DNA of 35,029 bases, from NCBI GenBank assembly GCA_002269645.1, contig NIVC01002853.1:1-35029 (forward strand). Reading direction: 5' to 3'. How positions within the stretch are numbered: the stretch's first letter is position 1; each line of letters begins with the position of its first letter. This document shows, one piece after another, positions 1 through 11,462 of this stretch. Origin of the DNA: Macrostomum lignano (taxonomy: Eukaryota). The notes beneath the pieces were generated by a model that was not told the DNA's origin, searched no databases, and saw nothing but the letters and a program-made list of their open reading frames with translations. The position numbers and the translations under genes were made by a program.

Positions 1-8
1 GACTAGAC

Positions 9-653
9 TGCTTGCCACAGATCAAGCTACCATGGGGCTGACCATCTGACAGGAGTGGGGGGCCAGGACTCTAATTGATTTATTTCTGAGACCTGAGGCC
101 CGAAGGCTTCCACAAAGGAGCCGAAAAGGCCGAAACCCATCAATATGAATGATCCAGCATTGCGAATTCGCATCATGATGCATGCACATGTAACGAGGGT
201 GCGCAAAAAGTTTTGGCAACTAGCTATCGGCCAAAAGCTCGTTGTCATGGCCGCAGTGTGGCTGGAGGCGTTGACGTGGTGCAAGTGAATTCTGCCAAGG
301 TTGGCTGCTTTTCCATGACTAAAGCCACGACTATAACAAGACCTGGCCAGTAAGCACTGGAAAAGTGCTTACGTCGCAGCGGAAAAACTGCTGCCTCCTC
401 TCGTCTAAAGGAAAAAAATAAAAAGAGGAGCCCTGCGAACGCGTGATGCAGTTGACACGCTTTGCTTTGGGGGCAGTATAGAATGTGGCATTCATGTTCT
501 GTCCATTTGGCATTATAACCAAATGGACAGACTTCGGGCCTCAAAAAGCCTACAGCTTCGGGCCTCAGAACTCAGAAATGAATCACTAAGAGCTCTGGCC
601 TCTCACTCCTGTCAGATGGTCAGCCCCATGGTAGCTAGACTGTGGGCGAGCAG
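9..653. repeat. Imperfect ~100-bp inverted repeat pair (arms ~9-105 and ~556-653)
   Basis: ctgaggcccgaag (93-105) is the reverse complement of cttcgggcctcag (556-568); the block gctaccatggggctgaccatctgacaggagtg matches cactcctgtcagatggtcagccccatggtagc. Confidence 0.85.
225..531 (-). pseudogene. Mariner transposase remnant, catalytic-domain part
   Basis: SVHLVIMPNGQNMNATFY resembles the mariner ..LPKGQTINAEYY segment; IHLHHVNASSHTAAMT is a degenerate HHDNAxxHT motif. The YSPDL region is absent before the TIR. Confidence 0.7.
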
Positions 654-1842
654 CAAGGTCCTATAGCTAAGAGAAGACAGCGAGAGACAAGCAGGGAGAA
701 TTTGAAAGGTAGAGATTAGCCAATCCGCAGATTAACTAACCCGCTGCCACCAGTCCGTGCGCCCCGGCTCACCAAACCGGAGCTATCAAAATCGGACTTG
801 CGACTAGAGGGGCACTGCAGTTACCTGCCATCTAGTGCCTTTTAGCTGTCTAAATCTCGAAGTCATAGCCGAATAGAAGGGACGCTGCTGGCACTAAGAT
901 CGCATTGGCCATGCAGGGACAGAGAGGACTTCTGCAGGGGGTTCTTGCCCTGGCGAGCCTTCATACACTACTAAATGTACTATTTCATTACCAAATTCCC
1001 AGAAGTACATGTATAAGTACACGCAACTGCACGCTTTTGGCACTAAATGTGTTAACACGTCGACAGATAGGGATGATGTAGATGTATTGTTACTTTTGGA
1101 GACCTTCTGACTAATATTTATCTCGTTTTAGCCGCTTAGCTGCCTGCGACCACGCGAAAGCGCCAGTCTGGCACTTAATTCGCATGCTTATCATGATTTC
1201 TGAGAACGACTGATTGACTGGGAACTGCGCCGCTTCCGGTCCACTGTGACCTCTGCCCCTAGATCTAGCCACTCATCTCAGCTGGCATTGCGAAAAAGAA
1301 AGAAAACATTAAGTCTTTAGCTTCCAGATTTAACTTTCTCACTTAATCCGCAAACCTAGACACTTTAGATTGAGTTAGAGCGAATGGCTACTTTTAATAT
1401 TAACTGACACTTCTGCCTCGAGTTTGGTATACAAAAGCAAGTAAGCAAAAGTGCAAATCCTATCAGACTATCTAGGAAGGGGTCAGACAAAGGGCGCACC
1501 CAGTTAAGCAGGTCAAGAAAGCCTCTCACCAAACCAATCAGAGGACCTATCTGCCGGTAGCCAAGGAATCCACAGAGACCGCAGCGCTCGGATGGGATGC
1601 TTAACTGACGAGTGCCGCCGGTACTCTTCACCTGCCGGTTGTCGTTGCTGCTCTTAGATCACTGCCGGGAAATATCGATGATGCTTCTCAGGGGAAACTT
1701 AGCTGCTGAAGCCGGAACGGCCAGGGGAAGGGGGCCAGACGTCGAAGACGCAGCAGATGCCGAAGGGCCGTCTAAGACGGGGTTAGGACCGTGCAAAAGG
1801 GAGGTCCAAACCGGCCTTTTCGAGCGCGGGTCGAGTTGCCGC

Positions 1843-1981
1843 CTTTTATAGCTCTCATGCGGCCGATTTGTTATAACGCGCGCCGAATTTTCTGATTGGC
1901 TGAGAGCTTTTGTTAAAATAGGCGCCGAATTTTCTGATTGGTCGAGCCGGGGGCAGTCAGGTCGACTCTGATTGGCTGAGC
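1843..1981 (-). promoter_or_regulatory. LTR/U3-like Pol II promoter module: three CCAAT boxes followed by TATAAAAG
   Basis: Minus strand reads AGCCAATCAGAG...ACCAATCAGAAAATTCGGCG...AGCCAATCAGAAAATTCGGCG...GCTATAAAAGG (TATA at 1843-1850). It lies inside the insertion that splits the mariner. Confidence 0.5.
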
Positions 1982-2489
1982 TCAAGACCCCAAAACCCAC
2001 CCTACCAGGTGGCCTTCAGACCCCAGGGAAGATGACAGGTGCGGTCATAAATCATGCGCAAAACATAATAAAAGTCACTTGTCTAGACATCCTGGCGCCA
2101 AAAGTGACAGCAAAACACCCATAAATTAAAAGAAAAAGTAACAGAGCGAGTGGGGAGAAAGCTGGAAAGACCTCTTTGACCCAGACAGGCTGGAGCCAAA
2201 AGTGACAGCTAGACCGCCATAAATCACTGAAAACAGTGAAAAAGCCGCAAATCTGGGGGTCAGAATGGGGTTGAAACCATTCCTTCCAGACTTAGTGTCG
2301 CCCGTCTAGACTGCTAGAGGTCAATCCGTCGTCTCAAACCCAGACAGTCTGACCTTCAAAGATGCGTAAACAATCCAAAATTAGAATCCTAAGAGAAGTA
2401 CATTAAGTATTCATCATAATTAATAGTGATGGCATAAATTAGTGTAGAACTTAGCCTGGATGAGAGAATGGAGAGAGATTCCTAAGCTA

Positions 2490-2960
2490 GCCTACTGACA
2501 GTAGGGGAAAAGCGCATCGATCGAAGCGAAATGTGCGGTTTTAAGATTGCAAAAAGATGCGTCCTCATCAGCTGCATCGAACCCTCTCCTGCTTTTGCTC
2601 TGCTCTGAGTGCATGAGGCACCCAACGGGCTGTGACCTTGTGGAGGCCAAGATGGTCATGCAGGATGGTTCGGACACTGCCATCAGAAATGCCGATTGTC
2701 TGGCTAAGTAAGTGCAACGGTGATATTGTTGCGATCTTTGTCCACCAGCTGTCGCACATCTACATGTACATGTTCTGCTGCTCGATCAATGATTGGCCTC
2801 CCAGAACGACAGCTGTAGGTTATGGAGCGTCGAACAGCACTGACCAATTCAATCCTACGGTCGACGGTGCGGTATGAAGCTGGGGCCTGATCTGCTACAA
2901 CTTTGGACTAGCTCGGCATTTTGGTGGCGTTTTCTCCAAGCTTGCGATCGCTTGAAAACA
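2490..2960 (-). pseudogene. Mariner transposase remnant, N-terminal HTH part
   Basis: Minus-strand translation gives APASYRTV..., RSGRP and GISDGSVRTILHDHLGLHKVTARWVPHAL (WVPHEL-type motif), with stops and frameshifts. Confidence 0.85.
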
Positions 2961-4155
2961 TAAAATCTCCACAGATCAGCAGTGATATTTTCCATTTGAA
3001 GGCTGAAAACGAGACTGTACGTTAATCAAAATGCTCTAGAAAACGAAAAAATCCGTGCAATGAGCTGAAAAATTATGAACAAACGCAAAATTTACTCATT
3101 TTCATGGGAATAAAAAACGGTTGCATTTATAAACATTTATTTAGAAAGTTATGAGCTGCAGTTGCCACAACTTTTTGCGCACCCCTCCTAGCGTAGTCGC
3201 ACTGGTTTCTCAAATATCAGTTGCTGCATGATAGCTTGATGCGGTCGGTTTTGATTTTTTTGTGATTGATCCTACTAATCTAAACTGTATGGGGCTGTGT
3301 GGGCGGTGATTACTTATAATACGCGAACTGTGAATTTTGAATTGTGATAAATGGTACATACGAGCTCGTATTTACATTATATACAGATATTGAAAGTTAA
3401 ACAAGTTGAAGAGAGTCAGCGCCCTTAGTCCGCACTTTAGTCGCCCTTTTGTACCTATTACGAGTACAGTCTTCCATTATCAAATAACCCTACGAACATA
3501 TAGCTATTTAAAAGTGCGCTGTTGTTTTAAGCCTTAAATGTATTAATTGTATTTTATTATGAACTTTTTATACATAATTATTGTTATACCAAAAAATGTT
3601 TTTAGTATTCAAAAATATTTTCTTGTAGTCACGAGGCCTGCCTGCTTCTTTTATATTTGAACATTTATATTTGAACATGTTGTAAAGGGCCCCGACCTCT
3701 CGCTCTCATACCTCGAAAACAAGTTAATGTAAACCTATTCTACGCGACTGTATAAATATATTAACTAAAGTTTTTTTACTGAATATTTAAACCTATAATT
3801 CAAATTTAGGATCCTAAATATCATATCCTAGAGACTAGAGTACAAGAAATACCTAATAAAGGTTGGAATTCTAATCATAATATTATAGTAATTAGTAACA
3901 TTATATAATTAATTAATTATAAAAATAATTAAACAAACAAAATATAACAAGCTTATTAAAGTATAAACTAGGCCTAGTAAATTAGGCCTAATTATTAAGA
4001 TTTGTGCAAGGTTAAACTATTGACAAGTCTTAAAAACAGTAATATATTGGCCCTATAGTATAAAATAGGTAATCTAATAATGAAATAGGGCCTATCCCTA
4101 TAGAATTTTTTTAATTTAATTTAAAAGTAGGCCTATGAATATATAAAGCCAATGC

Positions 4156-5078
4156 TAGGGATGCCAATTCTGATTATTCTATTAACTAGTTAACCGAAAA
4201 ACCAGTTTTGGCCCCAGTTTTGGCCCCACAAAAAACCAGGTTTGGTTTTGGTCTGATTTTTTCACTTATTTTTTATGTTTTTGTATCATTATATTGCATG
4301 TTGTAATTAAAACAAACTATTTCTATATATAGATTTGTATTCAACCCTAATTTACGATTTATAGATTACAATACAAATCACAATTTGTAGATAAAATATG
4401 TAATATAAAAAGGAATAAGACCTAATCTAATAATCATATCAATCAAATGAACAAAGCAATATGAAATATATCTATTTTAATATCAAATTATTAACTATTA
4501 CTTATTGTCATTATTAAATATAATTTTGTTATATGGTTAGATTCTGATTTGATACTTGAACTGACTATGAACTATTAAGTCTGTGTTGTGTATAGCATAC
4601 TACATGTTGTTGAAAACTTAAAAGTAAATTTTCTAATTTTTTAAGCAAATTCATTATAATATTATTTATATGGCCTTTAAACAGTATAATTTCTATTGAT
4701 AATGAGATAATAAGATAAATCAAGAAAGCAAAGCATGTGTATTAATGCACTAATTTACTTTTTCCAATTAGGGCCTATTATCCCATTTTATCTGTTTGCA
4801 TAGGAAAAAAACTGCCAACCTTAACAAAATTTCCAATCAAAAATGAATAATAAATTGAATGCATCCTTCATTTGGTGATAGACAAGTATGCTAAAAAAAG
4901 AAAATATGATACAAAATCAATTTCAAGCATATTTTTATGGTGCAAGCATGCTAAATGACCTTTTTGAGTTGTTTGGCAGCAAAAACTAGTATAAACTGGT
5001 TTTAAAACCTGTTTTGGCCAAAAACCAGGTAAAACCAATTAACCAGTTCCACAAAATTGATGGTTTTTGGCATCCCTA
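4156..5078. mobile_element. Non-autonomous hAT-type element (MITE), 923 bp
   Basis: 11-bp TIR TAGGGATGCCA (4156-4166) / TGGCATCCCTA (5068-5078); degenerate 8-bp TSD gccaatgc / atcagtgc (5/8); clustered subterminal AAACCAG/CTGGTTT repeats at both ends; AT-rich interior with no ORF. Confidence 0.75.
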
Positions 5079-5694
5079 ATCAGTGCCAAAGGACTTGCTT
5101 AGGTCTTTGAGGGTTAATAAGGTCTATCCTAGGCCTACTCTTTAGTCTTATAACTATAAGCATATAATTATAAATATATATAAAATCAAAGTTTTTTTAT
5201 TTATTAGTATATTTATTAAGATTAAATATTTTTTTAGATTTGTTCTTGTAGCATAAAAGCAGCAAAAAGCTTATTAAGATATTTTAATTAAAAATATACC
5301 TATTAAGACAAGACTTATAACTTATGGTTTATAAAGCTATAAGCTATTGTTATTAAAACTTACAGATTTTGAACCCATTGAATTCTAATCCTTAGAACTA
5401 TTTTTGCATATATTCTATTTTTGCATATATTCTTATATATATATTTGCATATATATATAAGAAAAATATTCTTATATTTTTGAATATATTCTTGCATATA
5501 TTCTTTTGCATATATATTTTATAAGTCATAATCAAACAAATACTTGCTATTAGTAAAGATAAATATAAATATAATAGAAGTAAATTTGTATTAAATTAAA
5601 GTTTGAGATTAGCATTGATCTTGTTAGTTGGTTGAAACTTGAATGATTTATGATAGGCAATTTCTATCTAAAGCATGCATTGACAAACTCTGAT

Positions 5695-6010
5695 CTTTGG
5701 CTTTTGCTTCTCTCTCTATCCCTTAGGTCCTTTGAAACCTTTCTTATCTCTCATCTTTTATCTCTTATTTCTTGATTATTTTCTCTTTCCTCTCTTCTTC
5801 CCTTCTCTCTATCTTGTCTCTGATCTCTGATCTCTTTTCTCTTCTTTTATTACTGCTTTCTTATCTCTTCTAATTCCTTTTTTTCTTTTTCTTCTCATCT
5901 CTTCTCTCCTCTTATCTTCTCTCTACTCTTCTATTGTCTCTTGTCTCTCTAAACTACTCTTTCCTACCTTCTCTCTATTCTCCTCTCTTATCTAATCTCT
6001 ACTCTCCTAT
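5695..6010 (+). repeat. Pyrimidine-rich (CT) low-complexity tract
   Basis: About 300 bp dominated by ctctt/tctc motifs. Confidence 0.8.
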
Positions 6011-6018
6011 TCATACAT

Positions 6019-6171
6019 GCACAACCTTGGGATTCACCCAGCCATTTCTATTGGCAACACACATGTAAGTTGCTATTGGCTGAGAGCAGTCACGTGACTA
6101 TTATTCCGTCCAATAGTGACTTACATGTGTGTGTGCCAATAGAAACGGCCAGGTGAATCCCTAGGTTGCGC
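6019..6171. mobile_element. 153-bp palindromic fold-back element (MITE-like)
   Basis: Left arm gcacaaccttgggattcacccagccatttctattggcaacacacatgtaagt pairs with right arm acttacatgtgtgtgtgccaatagaaacggccaggtgaatccctaggttgcgc; the centre is the palindrome gtcacgtgac. Confidence 0.75.
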
Positions 6172-6299
6172 CCAAGCATGCTCCTATTTATCATCTCTCA
6201 TACACGCACAACTGCTAGCCAATCTGGCCACCATTATTGTGGTGGACCATAAGTAAGTTGCAGAAATGTCCACCCAAAGAATATGGAAGTAGTAGTAGT

Positions 6300-6725
6300 A
6301 CTAATTAGATGAAGAAGCATTTAGCCTTTATTCTGGCCAGATAAGGGAAGGAGACAGGCGGAGGTTGGGGTGGCTGTCTCGATGACAAAAAACAGACTAA
6401 CTTTAAAAGTGAATGGCGCCATTCAGAATTAAGTTTGAGACTCGAAATTGTACACGATTGTGTCAAAGTAGTTGATTGTTTGTGTCAAATTTGAAGAGGA
6501 TTGGTAAAAGTGAAGCAATGATATTGACGATTTAGTAAAAAACCTGTTTTGAGCAGTTTTTTGCACTTTTAGGTAAGTTTAAAGGTAGCCTAAGATATTC
6601 TCCGTAGTGAGTTTAGGATGGGTGCAAAATGTGGTGTAATTTGGTTGAGCGGTTTGGGAGTCCATAGCGAACAAATTTGTCCACAGACACACAGAGTTTT
6701 CATTTTTATAGGTAGAGAAAGCTAG
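6300..6725 (+). mobile_element. Possible non-autonomous Helitron-like repeat
   Basis: The 3' part (aatttggttgagcggtttgggagtccatag...cacagacacacagagttttcatttttataggtagaga...CTAG-T) resembles the end architecture of invertebrate non-autonomous Helitrons. No terminal hairpin was found. Confidence 0.3.
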
Positions 6726-6813
6726 TACAATGCTATGCTTTCAGTTCAATTTTTATAGATTATTATTAGTACAATAGATTCTATACATAATTAGCTTTTG
6801 CCTAAAAACTTTG

Positions 6814-9800
6814 ATGATACAGCTTAGTAACCAGACTACAGAGGGAGGAGTGTGTCTGCTCACTGCTGTGCAGGACTCACTGCGCAGGGCTGGCTGCAGT
6901 AATGGCTCAATCAGCGGCCCAAGCACCTCCCGAGTTCGAAACCCGCTGATTGGCCACCTGCTAGAGCAGCGGCTAGAGTTTGTTCCATCGCCTGGCAACT
7001 GGGATGCTAAGGTGCTTGAGAAACTAAAACAGCTTGGCGCTACAATACTGACTACTGCAGCTGTTCCTGCTGTGCCGCCTGCTCAACTACTGAGCAGCAA
7101 AGATTGCCAGGCTGTTAGCGAGGCTCCTAAGAAGCTAGCACAGCCAGTGCAGAAGTCGGACGCCAAGAAGCCGCAGTTCAGTTTTGCTTCTGTGCAGCTC
7201 GACCGGCCCTACCATGGCCAGCCCTGCGGATTCGCCAACGAGGGCAACTATTGCTACATGATCTCAGTGCTGCAGGCGCTCATTCACACCGCTCCGTTTG
7301 TCAACTTTGCCTGCGAGCACCGGACCGTATCGGCCTGTCGTCAGGTGGACAATCGCGGCCTGTTTAACCAGCATGGGCAACGGCAACATCCGGGACACCA
7401 GCAGCGGCAGCATCAGCCAGCTCGCTGGTGCGCAGTCTGCGAGCTGGCCGCCTATGCCCAGCGACCAAGTGGCAGCGGCGCCGTCTATCCTCGCGCATTC
7501 ATGGCCAGAGTGACCACCGTGTCGCCAACTTTGCGCCCAAATCGGCAAGAGGACGCGCACGAATTCATGCGCTGCCTGCTAGACTATATGGAGCGCAATT
7601 GCGGCGGGGATAAGCGCCGATCAGCCGGCTCGCCAGCTGGTCCGATCCGGGTGCTGTTTGGCGGCCGGCTGAAGTCCTCGGTGCTGTGCACCAGGTGCGG
7701 CACAGAGTCGCGCACATTTGAAGACTTCATGGACCTCAGCCTGTGCATCCAGTACAGCTCCAGCCTGGCTGACTGTCTGCGCAAATTCGTGTCCCCGGAT
7801 CTGCTCAAAGATTCCAACGCTTATAAATGCGAGAAATGCCGGACTAAAGTGACCGCTAAGAAAAGTTTCAGCATTGCGTCTGGCCCGCCAATATTAACAG
7901 TGCAGCTGAACCGATTCCAGTGGGGCCATAGCAACAAGATCAGCCGGTTCGTGCAGTTCCCCCTCAGCATCGATCTCAGGCCGTACATGTCCAAGCCTGG
8001 CCGCCCTGTGCACTACGAACTTTACGCGTTGGTTATTCACCAGGGCTCCAGCACCAAGTTCGGGCATTATTATTGTTACGCTAAACGCGGCAACGCCTGG
8101 TGGTCGTTAAATGATTCCTGCGTCGATCGAATCAACGAGTCGCGTGTACTGCAGTCTTGCCCCTATATTCTGCTGTACAAACGGACCGATTTGAGTCCCC
8201 TGATTGAGTCGTCCACCGTTGCTTCCGCTGCGGCTTCCAGTAACCTGTCTGTTGGAGACGCTAATTCTCTATCCTCGCCGGTTGCCATGGCGACTGGCGG
8301 CGTTACTAAAAGCCAATCGCTTGTCAAGCCAAAACTGGAATCTGCCAACTCGGTTGCTATGGCAACAGGAAATGATTCATTTTCTCCAAAGCGCGCCAAG
8401 TACGATCTCACACCCTCCAACTCGGTTGCCATGGTAACCGGCAACGGTCCTTCAGGTCTGTCACAGACGAAGAAACATCAGACATCTAGCTTGGTTGCCA
8501 TGGTAACCGGTAACGGTCCTGTAGGCCTGTCGCAGGCTAAGCACAAGCAGGCGCCCTCCAACTCGGTTGCCATGGTAACTGGCAATGGTCCTGTAGGCCT
8601 GTCGCAGGCTAAGCACAAGCAGGCGCCCTCTAACTCGCTTGCCATGGTAACTGGCAATGGTCCTGTAGGCCTGTCGCAGGCTAAGCACAAGCAGGCGCCC
8701 TCAAATTCGGTTGCCATGGTAACCGGTAACGGTCCACAAAGCTTGTCGAGTACTATGTCGCAACCAAAACTTAGTAACGGGCCTCAAAGCCAAGCGCATG
8801 CCAAACCCAGATCAGGATCTGCCAATGCGGTTGCCATGGTAACAGGCAACGGTCCGCTATCCCCAGGGCATACCAAACCAAAACCTACATCTGCTGCTGA
8901 GACAACCGTCAACGGGCCGCTAAGCCTATCCAGCTCTAAGCCACAACCGATTCAGCAACTAGCTCACGGCACCAAAGTTGCCATGGCAGCAGCAGCAGCC
9001 GGCTGTCAGCAGATGCGAAACAAGCCTAACAAAGAGCTGCGCCAATTGATGTCTGCCAGTCCGCGGCGCCCCGACCCGCTTCCGTGGAGCGCTAATTCCT
9101 CGCCACAGAAATCGGAGTCTCTGATTCCCAATGGTGTGTCCATTAACGGCAGGAAGCGGAAAGTCAGTGACAGTCAATCTTCGGCCAGTTCGTCCCTGTG
9201 CGATCAGGTTTGTCTGTTTATTTATTATTGGTAGACAAACAAACACTATTATAGCGTTATAGGAAATGTTTTGTATATGCTGGAAATAGAATATACCGAT
9301 AGAAATATGCCTTACCCACTTACTCAGTGAATTAGCTATCCGCGACCAACTTTGCTTTACCTTTGCATAAATGCCGTCGGTGATAACCCACTGGGCTAAG
9401 CAACCCCAATATATTGCCAATTACTATTAGTAGGAATGAAAAAAATGGACATTATGGAGGATTGGGAAATGTATTTAAAAATATTTCTAGGCTGGTATAT
9501 ATTTTTTTCTCCATGGAATATTACTAATGGCGAGATCTACTTACAGTACGGTTTGATCAAAGTTATTGTGGGGTTTTTTTAGCTATAGGTTTACTGTTGA
9601 TTAGTAGCATATAATGTAAAAATTATAATTCAGAAATGTGATAAAAAATTCTCTTTGCAGCTGTCCGCCCAAAACCAATCTGAGCTGGACAACAAAAAGC
9701 GAAAGAAAAAAGAAGCCAAACGCAAGCTCAAACTGTTGAAGCTGCAGCAGAGCTCTGGCAGTGCTGCCAGTCTTGTGAATGGAATCGATTCAGTGGTGTG

Positions 9801-9819
9801 CAACGGGCACGTCGACTGA
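6814..9819 (+). CDS. USP36: Ubiquitin carboxyl-terminal hydrolase of the USP36/USP42 group (exons 6814-9207 and 9661-9819; true start may lie in an upstream exon)
   Basis: Cys box GFANEGNYCYMISVLQAL (Cys codon 7252-7254), QEDAHEFMRCLLD, His box YELYALVIHQGSSTKFGHYYCY (His codon 8065-8067), WWSLNDSCV. N-terminal QRLEFVPS...VLEKLKQ resembles USP36/scrawny. Donor CAG|GTTTGT at 9207/9208 and acceptor tctttgcag|CTG at 9660/9661 are both phase 0; the last exon encodes basic KKRKKKEAKRKLKLLK then a stop; AATAAA at 9913-9918. Confidence 0.85.
8281..8990 (+). repeat. Coding repeat (~24 aa / ~72 bp; S-V-A-M-V-T-G-N-G-P core) containing nine X-box-like palindromes
   Basis: GTTGCCATGG(T/C)(A/G)AC-type 14-mers at 8281, 8353, 8425, 8494, 8566, 8638, 8710, 8830 and 8977. 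Confidence 0.9.
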
Positions 9820-9965
9820 GTGTTTTTGTTTGCTTCAATAGTTTTCACATCTTGGACAATTATTTATTTTCATTTGAACATACTCGTCTTCCTTGATTGC
9901 AAAACATCAATTAATAAACACTAATTAATACAGCAATGATCTAGACAAATTCTGTTCACTCTCCG

Positions 9966-10378
9966 GCTGCCTCCAGCCAGCCGAACCCCCACCCCACTCC
10001 CAATGTACACTGCCTCCAGCCAGCCGAACCCCCACCCCACTCCTAATGTACACTGCCTCCAGCCAGCCGAACCCCCACCCCACTCCCAATGTACACTGCC
10101 TCCAGCCAGCCGAACCCCCACTTCACTCCCAATGTACACTGCCTCCAGCCAGCCGAACCCCCACTTCACTCCCAATGTACACTGCCTCCAGCCAGCCGAA
10201 CCCCCACTTCACTCCCAATGTACACTGCCTCCAGCCAGCCGAACCCCCACTTCACTCCCAATGTACACTGCCTCCAGCCATGGCCGAACCCCAACCCCAC
10301 TCCCAATGTACACTGCCTCCAACCATGGCCGAACCCCAACCCCACTCCCAATGTACACTGCTTCCAGTCAGCCAAGTC
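9966..10378. repeat. 43-bp minisatellite, ~9.5 copies
   Basis: Unit aatgtacactgcctccagccagccgaacccccacttcactccc, just downstream of the USP36 polyA signal. Confidence 0.95.
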
Positions 10379-11462
10379 CTGACCAATTCTAAATTTTGAT
10401 TTTGTTTAAGCAACAAATTAATAAAGTTAGGCAATTTTTTCATGTGCCTTTTACGCGCTATCAAAAAGACAATAAAATTACTCGGAATAAGGACATCAAT
10501 ATTGTACCTAATACTTGTTACAATTGATTCTTTGCCTAAATAATCACTCATTATGTAATATAGTAATCGATTTTTAATAAACTGACTTCTTAATGGTTCA
10601 TTTTGCTTGATCATATGTCACACATGGCAGTCATTGAAAGCTTTATTTTTTGTCTGGTAATTTGGATCTACAATGTTTTTATAACTCCATAGTCATTTAC
10701 TGTTTATAAATGAAAAGAAATTACAGGACTGTCACTAATTCTATCCCGATCAGGTGTCAAGCAGTTTACCTGTCAAGCAGACCTATATTTTCCTAAATTG
10801 TAAAAAAAACCATTTTAACTTATTTTTCCTATTATTCTTGAAGTTTAAAGTTTTAAAGGTTGCTGCCAAAGTGTTCTGTTGTATTGCAATTTTTTTAACA
10901 ACTGTGCATAACTTAAGCTTTTGAGCAGTAAATGAATTATTTTAAATAAAAAATTGACATCATAATTTTATTTAAAATGGCTTAGATTTAAAGCAGTTTC
11001 AAATAATTTCGATTCATATAAATATTTTTATCATAGTCAGTGTTAAAATTTAATGGTAGAAGTAGTTCTGGCTATCATAATAATTTTCTCTTCTCCTTTC
11101 TAACTAATTTGGTGCCGTGGACCTCACAAAATGCTGATGGGGTTTTTGACACCTTTTCCTGCTTGATTGCTTGGTTTAAGGTTTTTTGTCTGTTATCTTT
11201 TATATAGCAGCTCCTAGCTAATTTCACGCGTTGCTGCTTCATGTTAGTGCTTTTTGCATTTGTTTTGCCAAAATTATAATTCATTTATCCGCTTCGAGTT
11301 TGCTGGCAGACTGCCGGACGGCGTTCATTGAACTTTTTGGTGTATATTTTGGAGGAATAAAAATTGTTAACCTACTGAGCCTGAGCTCAGTCTGAAGAAA
11401 TTTGAGCTTTTGTTCTTTGCATTGGCTTTTTGTTTGATTCTCAAGTCCATATGAAGCAATTA

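Larger units (their letters stand above)
191..3190 (-). mobile_element. Decayed mariner (Tc1/mariner) DNA transposon, interrupted by a ~1.95 kb insertion (~532-2480)
   Basis: Matching TIRs with TA flanks: TA-ACGAGGGTGCGCAAAAAGTTTTGGCAACT (191-221) and the reverse complement of 3160-3190, TA-GGAGGGGTGCGCAAAAAGTTGTGGCAACT. Minus-strand transposase remnants lie in the expected order between them. Confidence 0.85.
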
